Below, piece after piece: positions 8,343 through 15,817 of a stretch of DNA of 64,000 nt. The notes beneath the pieces were generated by a model that worked only from the letters and a program-made list of their open reading frames with translations, ran no database searches and was not told the origin of the DNA. The DNA comes from an uncultured Gemmatimonadales bacterium. GTDB lineage: Bacteria; Gemmatimonadota; Gemmatimonadetes; Gemmatimonadales; GWC2-71-9. The translations under genes and the position numbers were made by a program. Location of the stretch: contig CAVQGA010000003.1 of the NCBI GenBank assembly GCA_963711915.1, positions 73,231-137,230 on the forward strand, written 5' to 3'. Each line of letters opens with the position of its first letter. Positions within the stretch are counted from its first letter, which is position 1.

Positions 8343-9407
8343 CTAGCGTTGCAGCTGCGCGAGCACGCCCTGAATGCGCTTCTGCTGATCGGGGGCCTGC
8401 ACCATCGCCAGCGCCTTGGAGTAGTTCTCCACGGCCAGCTTCTTCTGTCCCTGTGTGGCGTAGGCCTCGGCCAGGCTGTCGTAGGTGTTCCACGACTTCG
8501 GGTGATCGGCGACGTTCTTCCGAAAGACGGTGATCGCCGAGTCGACCTTCCCCTGCCCCATGAGCAGGTAGCCGTAGGTGTTGAGGTCCGGCTCGGCGGC
8601 CACGGCGAGCGAGCGCCGGGCCGTGGCCGCGGCGCCCGCGGCGTCGCCGCGCTGGCTCAGGAGCGCGGCCTTCACGCGCAGGTTGGTGAAGTTCTCGTTC
8701 AGCCCGATCGAGCGGTCGGCCCAGGCGGTCGCCTCGTCGAGGTTCACGCCGTTGCCTGCGCACCACGCCGCGGCCTGGCTCCACGGTTGCCAGTTGAATC
8801 GGCCCAGACCGCGGAGCTGTTCGCGCAAACTGTCCACCACGACGGCCCTGGTGTCCACGGCGATGTGGAACGGCACGGTCAGCTTCTCCCAGCGGAGCGT
8901 CGCGACGACGGTGCTGTCGGAGGGGTCGTCGAAGGTGTAGGCCAGGCGCTCGTGCATCTCGCCCGGCGCCGGCGTCGCGCTCACCCGGAGCGCGTCTTCC
9001 TTCGGGTCGTAGCTGAAGCTGCCCCACGCATTGGCTTCCCGGCTGACGACGATCGTCCAGTCGCCGCGGGGGGCGGGCACCATGTGGAGGCCATACCGCC
9101 CCGCCGCCAAGGGGCGGCCCTGGATCGTGACCGGCGAGGTGAAGCTGATCACGGTGTTTTCGTTGGCGCCCGCGCGCCAGACGGTGTCGAACGGCACGAG
9201 GTGACCCCAAATTTCGCGCCCGTTCACGGCGGGCCGGTCGTACTGGATCGCGACCTCGGTGAGGCCGATCGTCTGACTCACCGAGGCCCGCGGGCTCTGC
9301 TTCGGAAGTACCAGGGGCGGTGCCTGCGCCGGCAAGGTGGAGGCCGGGGCGAGCGACACGAGGCCGGCCAGGACGCAGGCCAGAGGAAGCGGGAGGATGC
9401 GGGGCAT
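8343..9407 (-). CDS. DUF2911 domain protein with C-terminal TPR repeats, secreted
   Basis: Start at internal ATG 9407 (MPRILPLPLACVLAGLVSLAPA). DUF2911 signature present: VSQTIGLTEVAIQYDRPAVNGREIWG..VPFDTVWRAGANENT, GRYGLHMVP. TPR-like helical repeats lie at the C-terminus. Confidence 0.8.
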   Translation of the reverse strand: MPRILPLPLACVLAGLVSLAPASTLPAQAPPLVLPKQSPRASVSQTIGLTEVAIQYDRPAVNGREIWGHLVPFDTVWRAGANENTVISFTSPVTIQGRPLAAGRYGLHMVPAPRGDWTIVVSREANAWGSFSYDPKEDALRVSATPAPGEMHERLAYTFDDPSDSTVVATLRWEKLTVPFHIAVDTRAVVVDSLREQLRGLGRFNWQPWSQAAAWCAGNGVNLDEATAWADRSIGLNENFTNLRVKAALLSQRGDAAGAAATARRSLAVAAEPDLNTYGYLLMGQGKVDSAITVFRKNVADHPKSWNTYDSLAEAYATQGQKKLAVENYSKALAMVQAPDQQKRIQGVLAQLQR

Positions 9408-9586
9408 GCAGGCTCGCTGTCTTGGGGATGCTCTCCCTACGGTATCACCCCGCGCCAGGTTCCCGTCGACGCGGTCGGCCGCGTTGAATCGGGAGCCGGG
9501 GGGCGATAAGATGCGGCGGTCCACCCCCGCGGGTTTCGCGCGCGCCAGGAAGGCGGCCTCCTCGTCGGCTCCATGACTGTCCTTCG

Positions 9587-10853
9587 ATGAACATCGCGAC
9601 GGCGCCGGACGGCGCCAGCGCCGTCGTCCGCCTCACCGGGCGGCTGGACGGTGAGGCGGCCCTCCAGCTGGCCGACGTGCTCGAGCGCCTCCTCCGCGAC
9701 GGCCGCCGGTCCGTGCTGCTCGACATGAGCGGGGTGACCTACCTCAGCTCCCCCGGTACCCTGGCGTTGCAGCAGGCGCACCAGGATTACCTGGCCGCGC
9801 GGGGCGAGCTCCGGGTGACCTCGCCCTCGCGGGCGACGACCGAGGCCCTCACCGCGGCGGACCTGCTGCCCCGCCTCCTGGGCCAGTCCCCATCCGCCGG
9901 AGACGCCGCCGACGCCGGCCCGTCGCTGGAGCACACGCGAGACGACTGGCGCCTGCCTGCCACGCTCGCCGCACGGGGTAGCTACGAGGTCTCCTCCCGC
10001 GATCCGGCGGCCGAGCTCTACTGCCGCGTGCATGGACGCGCCGAGGCCGCGGTGCGCAGCTGGATCGACTCCAGCGACTACCGGTCGTTCGAGTTTCCCG
10101 AGGCGTCGTTCGGTCTCGGCATCGGCGCGCTCGGCACGGACCGGGTGCAGGCCGCCCCGCGGCTCGGCGAGGTCCTCGCGGCCGGCGGCGCCGTCGCCCA
10201 CCTGCCGACCGAGGGTGGCCAGGTGCCGGACTTCGACGTCGGGCTCGGCGGTCGGGTCCCGACGGCCCAACTGGTCTCCGGGCTCGTCTGCGGCGGCGGC
10301 TTCTCGCTGCTCAAGCGGTTCTCGAGCCCCTCGGAAGATCGAGCCGATTGCGCTCTCGGAGCTCGCCGGCGCCAGCCTGGAAGGCGTGAGCAGCCAGACC
10401 GCGGGTCTGGTGATGGTGGCCGAGACCACCGGCCTGGTGGGCGCCTGGCTCCGCCGGAGCCCGGGCATCGTGCTCTCCAGCATGTATCTCGACGTGCAGG
10501 GGGTGCGCGCGTGGCTCGGCACCACGCCGCAGCCGATCCACCAGGGCACGACCGTGCTGCTGGCCGGTGTCGTCTCCCGACGCCCGGACCCGCTGCTGGC
10601 GCCACATCTCCGTCCGCTCGCGGCGGGTTCCGAGCTCGTGGGCCATCTGCATGCGGTGGTGTTCACGTACCGGCCGGTCCCGCAGCGCACCGTGGTGCTC
10701 CGCTCGCTCGTCACCCGCTTGTTCGCCCAGCAGCGCGTCCGCGGCCTCCTCCACCTGCTCGGCGACGACCGCGGCGCCGCCGGCGCCGGGCAGAGCGCGT
10801 TTCGCCGCGGCCTGTGCTGGAGCGGGCCGATCACGCGCGTGAGCGCGGCGTGA
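9587..10853 (+). CDS. STAS (anti-sigma-antagonist-like) domain fused to an unassigned ~300-aa region; reading frame broken by an apparent 1-nt insertion near 10327-10330
   Basis: The N-terminus VVRLTGRLDGEAALQLADVLERLL..VLLDMSGVTYLSSPGTLAL is STAS-like. The frame of 9587 turns into Arg/Pro junk after ~10330. From there the frame of listed ORF 10032-10853 becomes protein-like (KIEPIALSELAGASLEGV...) and ends at TGA 10851-10853. Confidence 0.6.
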
Positions 10854-11788
10854 ACCTGCTCGTCGGCGCCCTCTCCATGGGCTTCCTGCTCTCGCTCCTC
10901 ACGCTGGGCGTGTTCATCACGTACCGGGTGATGGGGCGGCTCGACCTGACGACCGACGGCTCCTTCGGGCTCGGCGGCGCGGTCGCGGCGGCGCTGGTGG
11001 GGACCGGGGTGCATCCGATCGTGGCGACCGTCGCCGCCGCCGCCGCCGGGTGGCTGGCCGGCGCCACCACCGGGCTGATCTACGTCGTCTTCGGGATCGA
11101 CACGCTGCTGGCCGGCATCCTCGTCACCACCGCGCTCTACACCGTGCAGCTCTGGATCATGGGCGGCGGCGACCGGTCCCTCGGGTCGGCCAACACCCTG
11201 CCCGACGTCGCCGAGCGCGTGTGGCACGCCCTGCGCCTGCCGGAGACGATCGAGCTGTTCGAAACGACGGTGCACGCCTCACTGCTGTCGTCGCTGGTGG
11301 TGTTCGTGGTCTTCGTGCTGTTCAGCATCTGGGTGCTCGCGCGGTTTCTGCGCACCGATCTCGGTCTCGCCATGCGAGCCGCCGGGGGCAACGCGCAGGC
11401 GGCCCGCGCGCTCGGACTCGACACCGGCCTCATGGTGACACTGAGCCTGGTGCTCGCCAACGGCCTGGTGGCGCTGGCGGGCGCGCTGTTCGCGCAGTAT
11501 CAGGGCTTCTCGAACGTGTCGATGGGGATGGGCATGATCGTGACCGGGCTCGCCTGCCTGGTGCTTGGCGAGGGGCTGCTGGGGCGCCGAAGCCTCCGGC
11601 GGCAGATCCTCGGCACGCTCACCGGGACCGTCGTCTTCCGCCTGCTGGTCGCGGTCGCGCTGGTGGCCGGACTGCCGTCCGACGCCCTCAAGCTCTCGAC
11701 GGCGGTCTTCGTGCTCGGCGCGCTGGGCGTGCCCGCGATCATCGGGCGGATCCGGCGACGGGCGGCACGGGCGGGAGACGCCGCATGA
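10850..11788 (+). CDS. ABC transporter permease (COG4120-type, branched-chain/BMP-like permease fold)
   Basis: A GTG at 10850 overlaps the preceding stop (GTGA). The product is multi-TM (VNLLVGALSMGFLLSLLTLGVFITYRVMGRLDLTTDGSFGLGGAV...). It corresponds to the last 313 codons of listed ORF 9587-11788. Confidence 0.85.
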   Translation: MNLLVGALSMGFLLSLLTLGVFITYRVMGRLDLTTDGSFGLGGAVAAALVGTGVHPIVATVAAAAAGWLAGATTGLIYVVFGIDTLLAGILVTTALYTVQLWIMGGGDRSLGSANTLPDVAERVWHALRLPETIELFETTVHASLLSSLVVFVVFVLFSIWVLARFLRTDLGLAMRAAGGNAQAARALGLDTGLMVTLSLVLANGLVALAGALFAQYQGFSNVSMGMGMIVTGLACLVLGEGLLGRRSLRRQILGTLTGTVVFRLLVAVALVAGLPSDALKLSTAVFVLGALGVPAIIGRIRRRAARAGDAA

Positions 11789-12612
11789 GCGAGCCGATCC
11801 TCCAGCTCGACAATCTCCACGTCACCTTCGCGGCCGGCACGCCCAACGAGCAGCGGGCGTTGCAGGGCGTGGACCTCACGATGGAGGCACGGGGCTTCGT
11901 CGTGGTCCTCGGCAGCAACGGCTCGGGGAAATCCACCCTGCTCAACGCCATCGCGGGCTCGCTGCCGCTCGACCGGGGCACGGTGCGCATCGCGGGGCGG
12001 GACGTGACCCACTGGCCCGAGTCGCGCCACGCGTCGCTGGTCGGCCGCGTGTTCCAGAACCCGATGTCGGGCAGCATCCCGGACCTGACGATCGCGGAGA
12101 ATCTGGCGGTGGCGAGTCGGCGCGGCCGGCGGCACGGCGTCCTCCTGAGCGCGCTCGGCCGGACCCGGCGGCGCGAGCTGGCGGACCGGGTGCGCGAGCT
12201 CGGGCTCGGCCTCGAGGACCGCCTGGACAGCCCGGTCGGCGCGCTCTCGGGCGGTCAGCGCCAGGCGCTCACGATGCTCATGGCGACGCTCGTCCGCCCC
12301 GAGCTGCTCCTGCTCGACGAGCACACGTCGGCGCTCGACCCGCGCAGCACCGAGCAGGTCGTGCAGCTGACCGAAGCGATCGTCCGTCGGGAGGGGCTCA
12401 CCACGCTGATGGTGACCCACTCGATGCAACAGGCCGTCGCGATGGGAGACCGGGTCGTGCTGATGCACCAGGGGCGGATCGTGGAGAACATCACCGGCGC
12501 GCGCAAGCGCCGGCTCCGGGTGGAGGATCTGCTGGACACCTTCGACCGGCTGCGCACCAGCGACCTGGTGGACCAGTCATCGGCGGAGATGCTGCGGCGG
12601 CTGTACATCTGA
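11785..12612 (+). CDS. ABC transporter ATP-binding protein (COG1101-type)
   Basis: An ATG at 11785 overlaps the permease stop (ATGA). Walker A GSNGSGKST, signature LSGGQRQAL and Walker B LLLLDEHTSALD are all present. Confidence 0.9.
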   Translation: MSEPILQLDNLHVTFAAGTPNEQRALQGVDLTMEARGFVVVLGSNGSGKSTLLNAIAGSLPLDRGTVRIAGRDVTHWPESRHASLVGRVFQNPMSGSIPDLTIAENLAVASRRGRRHGVLLSALGRTRRRELADRVRELGLGLEDRLDSPVGALSGGQRQALTMLMATLVRPELLLLDEHTSALDPRSTEQVVQLTEAIVRREGLTTLMVTHSMQQAVAMGDRVVLMHQGRIVENITGARKRRLRVEDLLDTFDRLRTSDLVDQSSAEMLRRLYI

Positions 12613-12661
12613 TGGGCGGCGTGGTAGCGTAGACCTTCACTCCCACGAATCCGGAACGACC

Positions 12662-13210
12662 ATGCACGATCCGCTCACACGGCGGCAGTTCGTCGGTACC
12701 CTGGCGGCGAGCGTGGCGGCCACCTGGGTGGCCGGGCCATGGAGCCCCGAATTCGCCACCGCGGGACGCGTGCTCGCCGCGTCGCAGCTGCGCGAGCTCG
12801 AGGCCATCACGGCGCTGATCCTTCCCACCGACGATACGCCCGGCGCCCGGGAGGCGCGCGTCGTGGACTTCATCGACCGGAGCCTGGCGTCGTTCGCCGC
12901 GGATCAGCGGCCGCTCTTCGATGCCGGGCTGGGCAGTCTCAATGCCCGGGTCGCGGAGCGGCATCCCGGCACCGCGAGCTTCGCCGATCTCGGCGCGGCG
13001 GACGCCACCGCCCTGCTGGCCGAACTCGAGCGCGAACAGTCCGAGTTCTTCGAGACGGTCCGGGTCGCCGCCATCACCGGATTTCTGGCGAACCCGGAGT
13101 ACGGCGGCAACGCCGGCAAGGTCGGCTGGCACCTGATCGGGTTCGACGACCGCTTCGTGTGGTCCGCGCCGTTCGGCTGGTACGACGCCGACGCCTCGCA
13201 CGATCGGTAG
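12662..13210 (+). CDS. gluconate 2-dehydrogenase subunit 3 family protein (Tat-exported small subunit of GMC-type dehydrogenases)
   Basis: Twin-arginine signal TRRQFVGTLAAS. Family motifs LILPTDDTPGAREARVVDFIDRSL and FLANPEYGGN are present. Confidence 0.8.
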   Translation: MHDPLTRRQFVGTLAASVAATWVAGPWSPEFATAGRVLAASQLRELEAITALILPTDDTPGAREARVVDFIDRSLASFAADQRPLFDAGLGSLNARVAERHPGTASFADLGAADATALLAELEREQSEFFETVRVAAITGFLANPEYGGNAGKVGWHLIGFDDRFVWSAPFGWYDADASHDR

Positions 13211-13232
13211 CCGCGCGCCCGGCCTTCCGGCG

Positions 13233-14345
13233 TCACCACGTCAGCGTGTACTGCCCCCCTAGCGTGAACAGCGTCTCGTTCGCGTGCAGGTCGTCGCTCG
13301 GCGTGGTGTTGGGCCAGGCGCTCTGGTGAGTCGAGATCCCCAGCGTGAGCGCGAAGTCGTCCACCATATGGACGCTCGCGCTGAGCCGTTCGAGCGCATC
13401 GCGCCGCCGCGAGACGATCGCCCCGCCGCCGAACGCGAAGGTCTTTTCGGCGCTGATGCTCACCGGCATGCGGACCTCGGTGAGGTTGCCGTTGAGACTG
13501 ATGCGCGTGCTCACGACCTGCAGCGTCTGCACCCCGTCGTTGTAGATGCCGAGCTGCGAGCTGGCGGTGACGCCCCGGAGCATGAGGCTCGGGCCCAGGC
13601 CCGCGCGCCAGGCCGTCCGGTTGGCCAGGACCGGACTCTGTCCCTCGGGAAGCCACTCGTCCCGGTCCGCGTCCAGGTGCAGCGCCACGCCGTAGCTCAG
13701 GTCGCCCGCCCGCTTCACCACCCGCGACAGATCCAGCGCCGCGCCCCGTTCGCCTCGGCCGGCGTATCCCTCCACCCGGCCGGTCCAGCGCCGGTCGAGC
13801 CACTCCCCGTGGGCCGACCAGATCCCGCTGTTCAGCGCTTCGCGGAACAGCACGGCGCTGCGCGAGCCGACCACGGAGCGCCGCGCGAACACGGTGTTGT
13901 ACCCGAGCGTGAGCGCCACCGTGCGGGGGTTTTGCTCGGGCAGCTCGATCGGGATCTCGTGGTAGATCTCGCGGCAGTGGCCCCGGGTGCAGGTCCGGAT
14001 CAGCGCGGGCTTCATCAGCCGGGAGAGCAGCTCCCCGTGCCAGCGCTCGGCGAAGCCGCCGGTCGCGGTCGAGTCGCCGAAATCCGGCGCCAGCCGCACC
14101 CGCAGCACATCGCCATGGCCCCAGTACCGGTCGAGCCCGTTCTCCGACTCGAAGACGATGCTGTCCGCCTCGGGGCTTTGGATCGTGAGCTGGACCGACT
14201 GCCCCGCCGTCGGCACCGCGGGCTCGAGCCGGATGGTGACCGGCTGCGGGCCATCGGCGATGCGGGTGGTCTGCGCCGGGACGGCACAGGCCGCCAACGC
14301 GACCGCCGCGGCGGCGGACCCCGCGATCCGGGAAAGGTGGCTCAT
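13233..14345 (-). CDS. hypothetical secreted / outer-membrane-like protein (371 aa)
   Basis: Start at internal ATG 14345 (MSHLSRIAGSAAAAVALAACAVPAQ, signal peptide). The C-terminal half has alternating beta-strand-like sequence and ends ...FTLGGQYTLTW*. Confidence 0.55.
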   Translation of the reverse strand: MSHLSRIAGSAAAAVALAACAVPAQTTRIADGPQPVTIRLEPAVPTAGQSVQLTIQSPEADSIVFESENGLDRYWGHGDVLRVRLAPDFGDSTATGGFAERWHGELLSRLMKPALIRTCTRGHCREIYHEIPIELPEQNPRTVALTLGYNTVFARRSVVGSRSAVLFREALNSGIWSAHGEWLDRRWTGRVEGYAGRGERGAALDLSRVVKRAGDLSYGVALHLDADRDEWLPEGQSPVLANRTAWRAGLGPSLMLRGVTASSQLGIYNDGVQTLQVVSTRISLNGNLTEVRMPVSISAEKTFAFGGGAIVSRRRDALERLSASVHMVDDFALTLGISTHQSAWPNTTPSDDLHANETLFTLGGQYTLTW

Positions 14346-14469
14346 CAACGTATGGTCGTGGGAGGGAAGACGACGCCGCTGCTTCCAGCCCACAGTGTAG
14401 CGCCCGGTACGCAACACGGCCAGGGGGAGCGCTGGCGGGATCATCCGCTCAGCGCAACATTGTGCGCTC

Positions 14470-14939
14470 ATGTGCTTCCACCCATGCCTCGCCATCGCCG
14501 CTACCCTCCTCGTGTCGCGTTCCATCGCCGGCCGGCAGGCCGATTCGACTCCCCGGGTGCCGCGGGAATCGCGGTTCGTGCGGCTCGCGCATTTTCGCAT
14601 GCACTATGGGATCTACGGTCGAGATCGGCCGCTGGTGCGCCTGCATGGTCGCGCCTCGACGAGCCAGGCGTCGCTCGGGGTCGGGGACAGGCCCCGAGAC
14701 GCGCACGACCCTGCCGGGACCGGGTCATGATCGCGGACGGCATCGACCGGCTGGACCGGCTCGAGATCCGGGACGCGGAGTTCGTGGGTTGGGAGGACGG
14801 GAGCATGGTCGCGCCGATGCTTGCAGTGCGACGACTCTGCCTCGTTCGCCGACGGATGGGGTGGGGGGCAAGCGCCGTGCCCGGGGCCAGGGCTCTCACG
14901 CCGGCGACCCGGGCCATGATCGACGCCCGGCGGCGGTGA
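14470..14939 (+). pseudogene. degenerate, truncated alpha/beta-hydrolase remnant
   Basis: Frame 1 reads FVRLAHFRMHYGIYGRDRPLVRLHG (the usual '..HY..G.G.PLVLLHG' N-terminus) and then stops at 14728-14730. Frame 0 continues DRLDRLEIRDAEFVGWEDGSMVA, the nucleophile-elbow region with GWEDG in place of GHSxG. It ends at 14939 without the C-terminal half. Confidence 0.45.
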
Positions 14940-15691
14940 TCCCCGCGGTGGCGCGGCTGTGGATCGGCACCTCGGGTTACGTCTATCGCCACTGGCGCGG
15001 GGGCGTGTTCTATCCGGCCGGTCTCCGGACCGCGGACGAGCTCGCTTGGTACGCCACCCGCTTTCGCACCGTCGAGCTGAACAACCCGTTCTACCGGGTG
15101 CCGACCCGCGAGACGTTCACCCGGTGGCGGGACAGCGTGCCCGAGGGGTTTGTCTTCGCGGTGAAGGTCAACCGGGCGATCACCCATTTCCGGCGGCTCC
15201 GCCACGCGGACGAGCCGATGGGCACGTTCCTCGGCCTCGCGACCATCCTCGGCTCAGGGCTCGGCCCACTCCTGGTACAGCTCCCGCCTGACCTCCCCCT
15301 CGATCTGGCGCTGCTCGAGAAGTTCCTCGTGTCCCTGCCGGCGGCGCACCGTTGGGTCGTCGAGTTCCGGCACCCGAGCTGGCAGGTGCCCGAAGCGTAC
15401 GACGCGCTCGGCCGGCGAGCGGTCGCACTCTGCATCCCGGTGGGTGGGCGGGTGACGCCGGACCTGGTCACGACGGCGGCGTTCACGTATGTGAGGATGC
15501 ATGCCGGCGCGGGCCTCGGCGGGGCCTTCGACGACGAGGCGCTTCGGGCGTGGGCGGGCCGGCTCCGGGCGGTGAACCGGTCCGGGAAGGACGTCTACGT
15601 CTATTTCAACAACGACCGGCACGGCCATGCCCCGCGCGACGCGGCGAGGCTCCTGGACCTGATGGAAGGCGGATTGAAACGGGGCGGATGA
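14936..15691 (+). CDS. DUF72 (YecE-like) family protein
   Basis: Conserved DUF72 N-terminus LWIGTSGYVYRHWRGGVFYP and FRTVELNNPFYR. The start is a GTG at 14936 or 14948. The upstream part of listed ORF 14462-15691 is junk. Confidence 0.85.
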   Translation: MIPAVARLWIGTSGYVYRHWRGGVFYPAGLRTADELAWYATRFRTVELNNPFYRVPTRETFTRWRDSVPEGFVFAVKVNRAITHFRRLRHADEPMGTFLGLATILGSGLGPLLVQLPPDLPLDLALLEKFLVSLPAAHRWVVEFRHPSWQVPEAYDALGRRAVALCIPVGGRVTPDLVTTAAFTYVRMHAGAGLGGAFDDEALRAWAGRLRAVNRSGKDVYVYFNNDRHGHAPRDAARLLDLMEGGLKRGG

Positions 15692-15817
15692 AGCGCCCCG
15701 GCGGTGATGCCCGGGGGACGTGCCCACCTATCCGGTCATGCCGCTCCCCATCGCGTCAGACGCACGATCGTCGATCGGCCGGTGGCGGAGGCCGCCGGTC
15801 CGCGGTAGTATCCGGCT

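Noticed and set aside
7021-9210. 729-aa minus-strand ORF spanning the lipoprotein and DUF2911 genes (and the 8349-9509 plus-strand ORF)
   Set aside because: These are shadow frames of two well-supported genes. They have Arg-rich low-complexity translations and cross a real gene boundary.
10301-10346. Programmed ribosomal frameshifting at the frame breaks (also 34951, 42850, 51255)
   Set aside because: There are no slippery heptamers of X XXY YYZ type with downstream structure. The breaks sit at simple homopolymer or dinucleotide runs in unrelated genes. Indel error or mutation is the simpler explanation.
9587-11788. Single 733-aa ORF as one gene
   Set aside because: The middle ~170 codons are Arg/Pro junk. 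The protein-like signal moves to another frame at ~10330 and ends at 10853. The last 313 codons form an independent permease with its own GTG that overlaps that stop.
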